The position numbers and the translations under genes were made by a program. Source: Macrostomum lignano (lineage: Eukaryota). Taken from it: a stretch of DNA of 64,000 bases. The stretch covers positions 8,578 to 72,577 of the forward strand of contig NIVC01003877.1 of assembly GCA_002269645.1 (NCBI GenBank), given 5' to 3'. A model generated the notes under the pieces. The model saw only the letters and a list, made by a program, of their open reading frames with translations. It was not told the origin of the DNA and made no database searches. This document shows, piece after piece, positions 49,020-62,639 of the stretch (positions within the stretch are counted from its first letter, which is position 1; every line of letters begins with the position of its first letter).

Positions 49020-51200
49020 GCGATGGAGACATGGGATGTTTATCCATAGGAATCGGGGATGCTTATCCATGGGAATCGGGGATGCTTATCTGTGGGAATT
49101 CGGGATGCTCATCCATGGGAATCGGGGATGCTTATCTGTGGGAATTCGGGATGCTCATCCATGGGTACATGGGATGCTTATCCATAGGGACATGGGATGC
49201 TTATCCATAGGGACATGGGATGCTCATCCATGGGTACATGGGATGCTTATCCATAGGGACATGGGATGCTCATCCATGGGTACATGGGATGCTTATCCAT
49301 AGGGACATGGGATGCTTATCCATGGGGATGTGGGATGCTTATCCATAGGGAAATGGGATGCTCATCCATGGGTACATGGGATGCTTATCCATAGGGACAT
49401 GGGATGCTTATCCATAGGGACATGGGATGCTTATCCATAGGGACATGGGATGCTTATCCATAGGGACATGGGATGCTTATCCATAGGGACATGGGATGCT
49501 TATCCATAGGGACATGGGATGCTTATCCATAGGGACATGGGTCGATGCTTATCCATAGGGACATGGGATGCTTATCCATGGGAATCGGGGATGCATATCT
49601 GTGGGAATTCGGGATGCTTATCCATGGGAATAGGGGATGCTTATCTGTGGGAATCCCGCATATGGACTTTGTCCGCCGCGACCTTAACAACATCCACATG
49701 GACCTGGGCAATGTGGATAGTCGACCTCCCGCCCTCAACATCAGGAGGGGCTTCAAGACCGCCATCCCTGGCCGAGACAACATTCCGCTGGATGTCGGTG
49801 TGAACCGGCGCAGCCAGGGCATTCACTGCTTCACCGACGGCTCGCTGTTCAACGGCCGCGCTGGAGCGGGTATTGCCATTTTCCACGAGGGTAAGATGCT
49901 TCTCCAGGAAAGTCTGCACCTCGGTGAGAACACCTCAGTTTTCCAAGCTGAAATTTGCGCCATCGAGCAGTGTGCCCAGCAACTGTTTCAGGCGAACATT
50001 AATAATTTTGACATTAATTTCTACACTGATAGCCAAGCTGCTATTAAGGCCTTAACCACTGAGAATATCTCCGCTGCTACAGTATCTCAATGCCACCGCA
50101 GTGTGCAATCTCTCTCAGTCCTTAACAGGATTAGAATTATCTGGACACCTGGTCACAGCAACATCCTGGGCAACGAGCTCGCAGACTCTCTCGCCAAGGA
50201 GGGCAGCAACCCAGACGGCAACCACCGTCTGATGAGGCTACCCACCCCCAGGTCGCAAGTCACCCGCCATATCAACAGGTGGCTCCATCAGCAGCACCAG
50301 CTCCACTGGAACAGCTGCACCGAGTACAGGCAGAGCCGCTCTGCCATGCCTAACCTGAACAGGAAAGTCTCTGATTATCTGATTTCGCTTAACAGAACCG
50401 ACCTCAGGGAGATGTGCATGGTCCTAACCGGCCACGGATTCTTCCAGAGACATATATCGTTGCAAACCGGTTGCCCTCCCACCTGCCCCTTCTGTGGCAT
50501 AGGAGAGGAGACCGCGGAGCATCACGTCACCTTCTGCCCTTACTTCAACAAGGCGCGGCACAAATACCTCGGCCACCCCCAGCGGATGGACGAGCTGACC
50601 ACCGCGGACAATATCCGAGACCTCCGCGCCTTCGTCCGGGACTCCGGCCGGATGAGGGTCGCCGATGCCTCCACTGCGGACCTGCCGACTACTGGCGGGG
50701 ACTGGGCGCACCCCCAAGGCTAATCCTTGTGCTCTTTTACCTTGGGGTTGCGATAGGGGCCTCGCGGCCTATTCGCGGCGCCTGCGCCCCCCGTCAGTAG
50801 TAAGTAAGTAAGTATCTGTGGGAATTCGGGATGCTTATCCATGGGTACATGGGATGCTTATCCATGGGTACATGGGATGCGTGTCCATAGGGACATGGGA
50901 TGCTTATCCATGGGGATATGGGATGCTTATCCATAGGGACATGGGATGCTTATCCATGGGGATATGGGATGCTCATCCATGGGTACATGGGATGCTTATC
51001 CATAGGGACATGGGATGCTTATCCATAGGGACATGGGATGCTCATCCATGGGTACATGGGATGCTCATCCATGGGTACATGGGATGCTTATCCATAGGGA
51101 CATGGGATGCTTATCCATAGGGACAAGGGATGCTTATCCATAGGGACATGGGATGCTTATCCATAGGGACATGGGATGGGATGCTTATCCATGGGGATTT
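49020..51200. repeat. 23-bp minisatellite ATGGGATGCTTATCCATAGGGAC, interrupted by a LINE
   Basis: Period 23 (49381, 49404); arrays at 49020-49654 and 50813-51200. Confidence 0.95.
49655..50812 (+). mobile_element. 5'-truncated non-LTR retrotransposon with RNase H and C-terminal zinc knuckle (LOA/R1/I-group-like)
   Basis: ORF to 50723 has [45 protein letters not shown] (RNase H) and LTGH...CPFC...[11 protein letters not shown]. (TAAG)n tail; 13-bp TSD TATCTGTGGGAAT (49642-49654 and 50813-50825). Confidence 0.9.
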
Positions 51201-51909
51201 AGGATGCATTAAAAAATCAAAACAGGAAGCGAGGATGCCTATCTGAGCTTAGAAAAGTAAAAACTTATAAAGTTGAGACAAATTTCAGAGCCATCCATCA
51301 GGCGAGCTGCTCTGAGGCTGGAATGAGCAGCAGGTTAAGCTGCTCAGACAGGCACTCATAAATCAATCAATCACTAAGGCGCACAGCATACAGAACAAAA
51401 AGCTTAGGAAGTACTTTTTTCATATCGTACAATTCTTGAGTAAAAACATGGCTGTAGAGATCTTTCAAGTCTCTTGCATCTTGTGTCTGGTGTATTTAAA
51501 AGCAATCAATAAACTCCGAAAGCGACCGCAACAAGTATATAAAACTGAATGAATAAAAGTTTTCTTGGGAATTACTAGCGAATTATTGATTAATATCCAA
51601 CAGTCGGTTTTTATTCTTTATAATATGAAAAGTTTATTGATATAAAAATCAATAATTCCTGTATGTACAATTGTACACAGAAAAGTTTACCCGAGAGTAC
51701 AAAATTTTTTTCAACAAGCAAGTTTTCGATTATAGGCTACGAAAGTATTTACTTAATTTGGGCGATCTACATAGCAGGGCATGTATGAGTACAAACAGAC
51801 AACAAATTAATACTGAAATCACCAAAAACTTGCTGTGCAGATTAAATTTAAATGTCAGCAATAATTATTGTTTTTCCTTATTGTTTAATATGCGAATTAA
51901 GTGCTAAAT

Positions 51910-52250
51910 TACTGAAGTAGAAGAGTACTGAAGTAGAAGAGTACTAAAGTACTAGAGTACTAAAGTGCTAGAGTACTAAAGTGCTAGAGTACTAAAATGC
52001 TAGAGTACTAAAGTACTAGAGTACTAAAGTACTAGAGTACTAAAGTACTAGAGTACTAAAGTACTAGAGTACTAAAGTACTAGAGTACTAAAGTAATAAA
52101 GTACCAAAGTGCTAGAGTACTAAAGTACTAGAGTACGAAAACACTAGAGTACTAAAGTACTAGGGTACTAAATAAAGTACTAGAGTACTAAAGTACTAGT
52201 ACTAAAAATAGAATACTGAAGTACTAGAACACTAAAGTACTAGTTAGATC
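51910..52250. repeat. 16-bp AGTACTAAAGTACTAG array
   Basis: GTACTAAAGT at 52021 and 52037. Confidence 0.92.
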
Positions 52251-52665
52251 AGAAACTTTTAAGTAAAGTAGCTTGCACTGAAATGTAATCAGTAATATAA
52301 AAAGTAATATTTCGATTGTTTATTACATTTTAATTACAATACAAAGCCAATAACGTATGTGAGAATTGAACACAACATTAAAAAAGTCATCAATTGTCCA
52401 AACCAGATAGAAACTTGGTTTACTGAAGTTACAAAAGAGCTATACATAAGCAAACATTAATTGGCCTGGATATGAAATGGAAGAGGAGAAATCAATTCAG
52501 AAAGTGAGTCAGACAATTTTAGTGATGGGTCGAGAAAGCTTTTAACAAAGTTAATCTTATTTTAGGCAGTAGCGTGATCGCAAATTGTGGAGTATTTGCT
52601 GTAATTACAGGTAAAAATAAAAGTTCTATCAATCTATTTATTTCGGATTGGCGTCGAACTCGACT

Positions 52666-55600
52666 CTAATGGCCGCGTACTGACAGATAGATGATCAGGG
52701 CCAGGATTCCCGCCACAACAATGCCAACGATGATTAAAATGATGCACTTCTTGCGGGCCTTGCGCTGAAGTGTTTTTAGTGGGATTATTATCCAATAGTG
52801 AGGGATATGGGATATCCAATAGTGAGAGATATGGGATTATCCAATAGTGAGAGATATGGGATTATCCAATAGTGAGGGACATGGGATTATCCAATAGTGA
52901 TGGATATGTGATTATCCAATAGTGAGAGATATGGGATTATCCAATAGTGAGAGATATGGGATTATCCAATAGTGATGGATATGTGATTATCCAATAGTGA
53001 GAGATATGGGATTATCCAATAGTGAGAGATATGGGATTATCCAATAGTGAGGGATGTGGGATTATCCAATAGTGAGGGATGTGGGATTATCCAATAGTGA
53101 TGGATATGTGATTATCCAATAGTGAGAGATATGGGATTATCCAATAGTGAGAGATATGGGATTATCCAATAGTGAGGGATATGGGATTATCCAATAGTGA
53201 TGGATATGTGATTATCCAATAGTGAGAGATATGGGATTATCCAATAGTGAGGGATATGGGATTATCCAATAGTAAGGGATATGGGATTATCCAATAGTGA
53301 GGGATATGGGATTATCCAATAGTGAGGGATGTGGGATTATCCAATAGTGAGGGATGTGGGATTATCCAATAGTGAGGGATATGGGATTATCCAATAGTGA
53401 GGGATATGGTATTATCCAATAGTGAGAGATATGGGATTATCCAATAGTGAGGGATATGGTATTATCCAATAGTGAGAGATATGGGATTATCCAATAGTGA
53501 GAGTGCAGTGATCCGCTAGTTAATGTTAGGCGTCGCACTTTGTCAGCAGTTGCCCTTGCCCTCGCCCTCGCCCTGGGTTGCTGTCTGCCGCTGATCAGCT
53601 TCCCGCCTCCCTTCTTTTGGCTGTCTGTTGCTACTCCCTTCCCTCCTTCTGCCCGTGTTGCCCTTCGTTTCTCAGCCCTCAGCTTCTCTGCTGTGGGCTG
53701 TCCTTGTTTCGTCAGTCTCTGTTTCCCTGTCATGTGAGCCAGTCACATGACAGGCCTTGTTTTCTTGGAGTCTTAAAGTGCAGTAAACATTTTTACTGCA
53801 CTCGCTGGTCCTGTTTACCGGGAGAGTCACGTGCTTACGGCCCCCTCCCTTCTCTAAGGAGAGGAGTGATTCATGTTGCTAAAAATAGCAACTGAGTCAC
53901 AGCCGCGTGCACTCTGCCTGAAGACCCCAAGTAACGTCAGTTCTAAGAATAGAACGAGTCACGAGGTCTTGCGCGCATTGGGACTCTGCCGGAGGCTTTG
54001 AGTGACGTCAGTTCTAAAAATAGAACGAGTCACGAGATATTGTGCAATGGACCAGGGGTGAATCCCGCGCTATAAATAGGACCCCCTCCCCTTGTTTCCG
54101 TCAAGGAGTCTCTAGTTTCTAGTTCTTAGTTTCGAACTTCCGAGTCTAAGTTTGAGTCACCCGTTTTCTAAGTGCCTGCGTTCAGTGAGTTCTCTCCTAT
54201 TGGTCTGACTGTGATCCCACTAAAGTCAACCCTTGCCTAAGAGAGACTAACACCGCTCTCCCTGCACTAACCAAGCCCGGCAGGTACTGCTAACGAGACG
54301 CCTGTTACATTGAGCTGCAAATCTGCTCCCGGTGCTGTGTTCGTTGACTTCGTTATTTCGTTCCGACGGGAAGCTCACCTCATCGAAGGCCGAGACCTGA
54401 AGGAACTGGTGGCAGCACTACCTACGCTACTGAGAATTGAGAAGGCTTCCGAGTGAGAAGACGGAGAGCCCAAATCACTGTGCTAGACAGCAGGAGACGC
54501 ACAAGTACTTCACTGGTGGCAGCGGTGGGATTCAAAGACCTACCCGGCCACTTCGAGACAACCCCGAGACAACTCTAAGTACTACAAGAGATATGGGATT
54601 ATCCAATAGTAAGGGATATGGGATTATCCAATAGTAAGGGATATGGGATTATCCAATAGTAAGGGATATGGGATTATCCAATAGTAAGGGATATGGGATT
54701 ATCCAATAGTAAGGGATATGGGATTATCCAATAGTGAGGGATATGGGATTATCCAATAGTAAGGGATATGGGATTATCCAATAGTGAAGGATATGGGATT
54801 ATCCAATAGTGAGGGATGTGGGATTACCCAATAGTGAGGGATGTGGGATTATCCAATAGTGAGGGATGTGGGATTATCCAATAGTGAGGGATATGGGATT
54901 ATCCAATAGTGAGGGATGTGGGATTATCCAATAGTGAGGGATGTGGGATTATCCAATAGTGAGGGATGTGGGATTACCCAATAGTGAGGGATGTGGGATT
55001 ATCCAATAGTGAGGGATGTGGGATTATCCAATAGTGAGGGATGTGGGATTATCCAATAGTGAGGGATGTGGGATTATCCAATAGTGAGGGATGTGGGATT
55101 ATCCAATAGTGAGGGATATGGGATTATCCAATAGTGAGAGATATGTGATTATCCAATAGTGAGGGATATGGGATTATCCAATAGTGAGAGATATGGGATT
55201 ATCCAATAGTGATGGATATGGGATTATCCAATAGTGAGGGATGTGGGATTATCCAATAGTGAGGGACATGGGATTATTAAATAGTGAGGGATATGTGATT
55301 ATCCAATAGTGAGGGATATGGGATTATCCAATAGTGAGGGATATGGAAATATCCAATAGTGAGGGACATGGGATTATCCAATACAGAAAGAACATGACGA
55401 TAGAGACGAGAACAAAGGATGTTTAAAAGGGCCTAAAATATTGTCAACAAAATGCAGCTAAAAATAACCTTTAACGACAAAGGAACACTTTAAACGTATG
55501 ATTCAGGTGCCAAAACAAAATTCCCATTTTTCAATTCTATTGGGATAGAAGCAGGGAAATTGCAATTAAAATTGATTAAACGAACCCGAAATTAAACAGC

Positions 55601-57243
55601 AAGGAACAAGAGTAAATTGAATGAATTATTGAGAATGAAAAAAACAATTTCTTGTCTGATGAAAGACCTGCTTAATCAATCGATTTTCTGCATATATTAG
55701 GGTCACATCATAACAGATTTCAGCGTGTCAAATCCCATCCAAGGGGATTCTAGCCCCCCAAATCCCATCCAAGGGGATTCTAGCCTGTCAAATCCCATCC
55801 AAGGGAATTCTAGCCTGTCAAATCCCATCCAAGGGGATTCTAGCCTGTCAATTCCCATCCAAGGGGATTCTAGCCTGTCAAATCCCATCCAAGGGGATTC
55901 TAGCCTGTCGAATCCCATCCAAGGGGATCTTAGACTGACAAATCCCATTACTTTAGGTGATTATTTAAATTTAGATTTAGGAGATAAGAAGCTACATGTA
56001 CGTAAAAAGTTCACAAAAACTGAGAATATCCCACCTTGTACACCACCGCCTGCCGCAGCTGGTCCCTGCCCTCCTCTGCGTTGTCGGCAGCCGAAGCCAC
56101 ATTCTGCGCAATATCGTCGCCTGTGCAGGGTCGAGCGGTTGATTGGATTAAAGAGACGGGGTTTAAAAGAGGCTAGCGTCTTCATGTAATGGTGAGAATG
56201 GAGAGAGGGAGAGGATGGGAGATGCAATGAAGAGATAAAGACCGCGAGGAGAGGCGGGGAAGGAAAACAGGAGTGACAGAGTGATAGGAGAAAAGAATAG
56301 AGAGAAATAGATGAGATACGGAGGGGAAAGAGGGAGAAAAGAGAAGGGAGGGAGAAAAGAGAAGGGAGGGAGAGAAGGGAAGAGAAGGGGAGAGAAGGGG
56401 AGAGAAGGGGAGAGGGAGAGAAGGGGAGAGGGAGAGAAGGGGAGAGAAGGGTAGAGAAGGGGAGAGAGGGAGAGAAGGGGAGAGAGGGAGAGAAGGGGAG
56501 AGAGGGAGAGAAGGGAGAGAGGGAGAGAAGGGGAGAGGGAGAGAAGGGGAGAGAGAACAGGGGAGAGTTGCGTGAGAGTGAGGGAAGATGTATAGGTTGA
56601 GAGACATGACCAGATAGAAAAGCGAGCAACACACGGTGAGTGAGTGGAGCGAAACAGAGGGCACACAGAGGAAGCGCGATTTAGAGACACACCAGAGACA
56701 GTAAAATGAGCACAATATGACTTCCTAACTACGAGTACATGAATAACGACAAAATGCGAGATTTGTCGGAGGAAATTTTCCGGATTTCAGCTTTAGTTTT
56801 AGCTGGTTTTTCCCGCTGCTTATACGGAACGCAAATGCTAATTTTCGCAGAATTGTTTTCAAACTTCGATTCGAAACAGTAAATTAAGCAGTTTGAGCTC
56901 ACACATGATTCCCTGATCGTAGACCATGCTAGACAGCTCCTTGAACATCTCCTCGATATTCTGTATGTCGCCAAGCATCTCGCGCATCCGCTGCTCCTGA
57001 TTCTGCATGTTCAACAGCTCGGCGTTGGCCTGCAGCTGGTCTTGGCGGGCTAGGCCGGACATCTGGTCTGCCGCTTCATCTTGCTGCTGCTGCTGCTGCT
57101 CCTGCTGCAGCTGTACCAGATCGTGCACCCTGCGCATTGCCGTCTCTTGCACCCGCTTGTACTTGGCCACGGATGCCTTGTACTGCTCTAGCAGTCTGGT
57201 ACGCCTGTGGCAGTGGGAGTGATCTGTGTGTTTAGAGTCTGCA

Positions 57244-57297
<54 letters not shown>

Positions 57298-57343
57298 GTG
57301 TCTGTCTGCCAGTCTGTCTGTCTGTCTGCCAGTCTGTCTGCCA

Positions 57344-57383
<40 letters not shown>

Positions 57384-57387
57384 GCCA

Positions 57388-57419
<32 letters not shown>

Positions 57420-57491
57420 GCCAGTCTGTCTGTGTGTCTGTCTGTCTGTCTGCCAGTCAGTCTGTCTGTCTGTCTGTCTGTCTGTCTGCCA

Positions 57492-57523
<32 letters not shown>

Positions 57524-57563
57524 GCCAGTCTGTCTGCCAGTCTGTCTGTCTGTCTGTCTGCCA

Positions 57564-57595
<32 letters not shown>

Positions 57596-58133
57596 GCCAG
57601 TCTGTCTGTCTGTCTATCTGTCTGTCTTGGTGTCTGTCTGTCTGTCTGTCTGTCTGTCTTTGTGTCTGTCTGTCTTAGTGTCTGTCTGTCTGCCAGTCTG
57701 TCTGTCTTTTTGTCTGTTTTGGTGTCTGTTGCTCATCTGCCTGTGCCTGGCTCTGTCTGCGCACGTTTTAGTTTGTACTTTGTGTTTATGCTAGTAACAT
57801 AGTCTATACACCGGCCCTCAAACCAAGCTACCTAGTGTTGAGCATGCTGTTATCAGTTCTGAGCGAGCTGAGCTGCTGCAACAGATCGGCAGACGCGGAG
57901 ATCAGAGCATTGGTGCCGCTCTGCTTGTCGCTAATAGCCGAGGTGATTGACACAACGTTGCTAGGCCGGCCGGCGTTGAGCTGGGCGCACAGGCGTTCCA
58001 AGTCTTTCACGTTGTTGTCCAATTTTTGAACATTATAAGTGCACCTGTCAATCAATTGTGCCAATTTGCGATCGTCTTCCTGTTGGCTGAAGCCGGCGCT
58101 GCCGCTGCTGCCACCGATGCTGCCGTAGGACAT
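52666..58133 (-). CDS. STX7/STX12: Syntaxin-7/12-like endosomal Qa t-SNARE (262 aa)
   Basis: Exons 58133-57832, 57204-56903, 56120-56035 and 52764-52666; GT-AG with phases 2,1,0. Habc-like N-terminus (MSYGS...), SNARE motif [61 protein letters not shown] with the zero-layer Q, then RKARKKC and a C-terminal TM helix. AATAAA on the minus strand at 52642-52637. Confidence 0.9.
52790..55385. repeat. 25-bp minisatellite ATGGGATTATCCAATAGTGAG(A/G)GAT in syntaxin intron 3, interrupted by a solo LTR
   Basis: Period 25 (52831, 52856); arrays at 52790-53503 and 54587-55385. Confidence 0.95.
53504..54586 (+). mobile_element. Solo LTR (1083 bp), probably Ty3/Gypsy
   Basis: TG...CA termini with imperfect inverted ends (TGCAGT / ACTACA), 4-bp TSD AGAG (53500-53503 and 54587-54590), TATAAATA at 54071, and an internal duplicated ACGTCAGTTCTAA.AATAGAACGAGTCACGAG (about 53934 and 54005). 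No gag/pol. Confidence 0.8.
55715..57725. repeat. 30-bp array (55715-55950), purine-rich array (56195-56580) and (TCTG)n (57240-57725) in syntaxin introns
   Basis: Direct reading; the arrays are separated by syntaxin exons 2 and 3. Confidence 0.92.
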
Positions 58134-58277
58134 CGACAAGCATAGAAGGACGAATTTGTTGTTAACTGCTAAATACGCTACTAGAAGCAGACTCCTGCAG
58201 CTAACCGTAGACTTATAGGCAAAAAATAATCTATTACTGAATTTTACAAAAAGTACCAAAATAGGCAAGAAATAGGC

Positions 58278-59225
58278 GAGATAATTGGCTGATAATTGAG
58301 ACAGATACAGGTGAGATAATTGGCTGATAATTGAGACAGATACAGGTGAGATAATTGGCTGATAATTGAGACAGATACAGGTGAGATAAGTGGCTGATAA
58401 TTGAGACAGATACAGGTGAGATAATTGGCTGATAACTGAGACGGATACAGGTGAGATAAGTGGCTGATAATTGAGACAGATACAGGTGAGATAATTGGCT
58501 GATAATTGAGACAGATACAGGTGAGATAAGTGGCTGATAATTGAGACAGATACAGGTGAGATAATTGGCTGATAACTGAGACGGATACAGGTGAGATAAG
58601 TGGCTGATAATTGAGACAGATACAGGTGAGATAATTGACTGATAATTGAGACAGATACAGGTGAGATAATTGACAGATACAGGTGAGATAATTGGCTGAT
58701 AATTGAGACAGATACAGGTGAGATAATTGAGACAGATACAGGTGAGATAATTGGCTGATAACTGAGACAGATACAGGTGAGATAAGTGGCTGATAATTGA
58801 GACAGATACAGGTGAGATAATTGACTGATAGTTGAGACAGATACAGGTGAGATAATTGAGACAGATACAGGTGAGATAATTGGCTGATAATTGAGGCAGA
58901 TACAGGTGAGATAATTGGCTGATAATTGAGACAGATACAGGTGAGATAATTGAGACAGATACAGGTGAGATAATTGGCTGATAATTGAGACAGATACAGG
59001 TGAGATAATTGGCTGATAATTGAGACGGATACAGGTGAGATAATTGGCTGATAATTGAGACAGATACAGGTGAGATAATTGGCTGATAATTTAGACAGAT
59101 ACAGGTGAGATAATTGAGACAGATACAGGTGAGATAATTGGCTGATAATTGAGACAGATACAGGTGAGATTATTGGCTGATAATTGAGACAGATACAGGT
59201 GAGATTATTGGCTGATTACTGAGAC
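58278..59225. repeat. 35-bp minisatellite GATAATTGGCTGATAATTGAGACAGATACAGGTGA upstream of the syntaxin start exon
   Basis: ATAAT at 58281 and 58316; some units have a 12-bp deletion. Confidence 0.95.
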
Positions 59226-61074
59226 AAATACGATCAGGAAATGCTGCTTGAAAAAATCAAACCATGCACATTATATGTAAAGACAAATAATGAAAATAAG
59301 AACAAAGACCACTTGTATTTTATGCATAAATACAGCTTCAAAGCAGAGTCGGCTTTTCTGATAGTAAATGAAGTACATGGGACAAGTTTACTACTATTAT
59401 ATCGTTTTGATAATTTGTCAGTTTACAATGATGCACAAAAATATATAATATACTAATAAAATATAGTCAATATGCGCACTAAGGGCATTATTATAATGCA
59501 GTTAGGAAGAAATATTTGAGACAATTACCAAGAAAAATAATTATATTTCAATAAATTAATGTGACATCAAAAGAGCTGCTTTACATTTTTCTTTTTATAT
59601 AAAGACCTGCTTAATAGCGAAACTACTTCTAGTAATACAAACAATAAAAGTGAGTTTATTTCTTTATCCGTTTAGATTTGGAGACATCGCACAAAAATTA
59701 GCAGCTAAGTACAGAGAGAGAATCACAGGCACAGAAATGAAGACTTAACTGGTACTTCTTATCTTATTAAACTGCTAAAACTGCATACATCAAGAAATGC
59801 TTCTACGTGCAGTACGATATCATAATTCATATGTAATTTAATCATAAGACATTTCTAGTAAATATAAATGATAAAACTACATATAATAAACTATAGAAGA
59901 TATTTACCTAACCGCACAGATACTAGAATAACTAGATAGGCCATTGAGCACATTTGCGTGTAAGCTACTTTCAGTTCAGTAGTAGGTTAAACTGAAGCAT
60001 TTTAATGTATTTTAAAGCCAAGGTTAGTTTATTGGCTCTTCCCTTCACTTAAACCCTCTAACCGCGCCTTTCCCACTACCCCCGCCCCACCCCAATTTTA
60101 TTGCCTGTCTCGGAATTCCAGTCTAAAGCTACCATGTACATTTCAGTGGACTGGCTAATGTACATTACTGCTGAACCAATTAGCAAGTTGTTTACGCCTG
60201 CAAGCTTGGGACTTCTAAACTTATTAAAGTCATTTCAGCTGACTCTATTTTTATAAAACAGCTTATGTATTCTTTTGCTACTGAACTGAGAGTAGAAAGC
60301 TGTTTTACTAAGTATTTATGCCTGAGTGGCCCATCCCAGTTATTCTAGTATCTGTGGTCACCGTATCGAAATTCAATAATTCTTAAAGAAACACGCACAC
60401 TGACGCTGACAGTAGCGCAAAGCGAAAATCCTCCTATAATTGATTTATTAAGTCGAATAAATTGCAACATTTAGGATGAAATTAAACAAATTAAATGGTA
60501 TTGTTTTGTGTCAGACAGTCTCGAAAGCGCGTAGGAACGAGGACAAGGATCTCGGAGCTGCTGTTGGGGAGAAAAAGATTTCGAGGCAAAAAAACGAATA
60601 AATTTATGTATTTAAATGACTGAGCAAATTTCACACACTATTATCTACACTTCTCTGTATTATTTAGCCAGAGAAAATGTGTTGCCTCTTGGAAAGCGAC
60701 GATTGCAAATGAAAGATAAACAAATTAAAAAAACTAATATAGACACTGTTCGCGTGTATGGATAATAGATTAAAAAATACAAATTTACCTGGCCGCGACT
60801 GCATTGGGAGCCAATACGGGGTGTGAAAGTGAAACAAATTCAAAGTATGAGGCAACAGCAAATCAAATTATTTCAATAATTTTACTATATAAATAATAAT
60901 TAAACCATGTGAAAGTAACAATCATAATAATATAGTTTCATAAGTAATGCATTTTTTCTGTTTGAACTTGCGAGCAAGTTTGTTTTATTAAATTAGGCCT
61001 GGCACAAAATAAATGATAATTAAGCAATTCAATCGAAGCTGTGAGAGTTAACGTGTCTAATTCCCCGGATTAGG

Positions 61075-62135
61075 AATTAGGACTGGTGGATTGGGAATAG
61101 GATTAGGGATTAGGAATCTAGATTGATGGAACAGAGATTCGTGATTAGGATCAGGGATTTAAAATCGAGATCGATGGATCAGAAAATAGGATCAGGGATT
61201 AGGAATCTAGATTGATGGATTAGGGAGTAGGATAAGGAATTAGGAATCCAGATCGAGGGATTAGGGATTAGGAGTCTAGATCGAGGGATTAGGGATTAGT
61301 ATCAGGAATTAGGAGTCTAGATTGATGGATTAGGGATTATGATTAGGGATTAGGATCAGGGATTAGAAATCTAGATCAATGGATTAGAGATTAGGATCAA
61401 GGATTAGAAATTTAGATCAATGGATTAGGGATTAGGATCAAGGATTAGAAATTTAGATCAATGGATTAGGGATTAGGATCAGGGATTAGGAATCCAGATC
61501 GAGGGATTAGGGATTAGGAGTCTAGATCGAGGGATTAGGGATTAGGAATGCAGATCGAGGGATCAGGAATTAGGAGTCTAGATTGATGGATTAGGGATTA
61601 AGAATCCAGATCGGGGGATTAGAGATTAGGATCAAGGATTAGAAATCTAGATCAATGGATTAGAGATTAGGATCAAAGATTAGAAATCTAGATCAATGGA
61701 TTAGAGATTAGGATCAAGGATTAGAAATTTAGATCAATGGATTAGGGATTAGGATCAGGGATTAGGAATCCAGATCGAGGGATTAGGGATTAGGAGTCTA
61801 GATCGAGAGATTAGGGATTAGGAATGCAGATCGAGGAATCAGGAATTAGGAGTCTAGATTGATGGATTAGGGATTAGGAATCCAGATCGGGGGATTAGGG
61901 ATTAGGATCAAGGATTAGAAATCTAGATCGATAGATTAGGGATTAGGATCAGGGATTAGAAATCTAGATCGATGGATTAGGGATTAGGATCAAGGATTAG
62001 AAATCTAGATCGATGGATTAGGGATTAGGATCAGGGATTAGGAATCCAGATCGAGGGATTAGGATTAGGAGTCTAGATCGACGATTAGGGATTAGGATCA
62101 GGGATTAGGATCATGGATTAGGAATCGGATCGGGA
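61075..62135. repeat. Heterogeneous TTAGGG-rich array (GGGATTAGGA.TCTAGATCGAT variants)
   Basis: Direct reading. Confidence 0.9.
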
Positions 62136-62280
62136 AAATTAATCAAATCAACAGGTGGACCCGAATACACTGTATTCCAAGAAAACTGGAATTCACACAC
62201 CTGACACTCGCAATGCGCAGTTGCACGTGAGGTACGCTTATCTCCGCTACATCGCCCAGTAACTAAACAAACAAAAAAAG

Positions 62281-62576
62281 CTATGAAGATTTTTTTGAGC
62301 GACGAATAACTTGAGTAAGCACCTCGGAGGTGAGATCTGGCCAGGACTTTTGCAGTTCCTCCATTCCGGCTTGCAGACAACTCGTTGAGCGCTGTGCTTC
62401 ATAAACTGGCAGCAGGCCTGCTTCAGGCCGGCCGCCTTGTGCATGTGAGCTAGCAGTAGATCTCTTCGAAATTGTTGAAACAGATTTGTCTGGCCAGGAG
62501 GTCGGCGCATGCCGCTTTCAACGAGTTCACCTCGTATTTGTCCGCCACCTTCAGGATCTCAGCCAGGTCCTCCACT
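62281..62576 (-). CDS. Last exon of a SPOP-like BTB-BACK protein; two apparent 1-nt deletions; the rest of the gene lies beyond the window
   Basis: Acceptor CCCCGCAG| at 62577. Joining frames gives VEDLAEILKVADKYEVNSLKAACADLLARQICFNNFEE(I)LLLAHMHKAAGLKQACCQFMKHSAQRVVCKPEWR(E)LQKSWPDLTSEVLTQVIRRSKKSS*. Frameshifts near 62460 and 62358. Confidence 0.75.
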
Positions 62577-62639
62577 CTGCGGGGCATGACGAGTAGGGGA
62601 AGGATGATGGCTTTAGTGCTCAAATCAGAGTTCAAGAAC

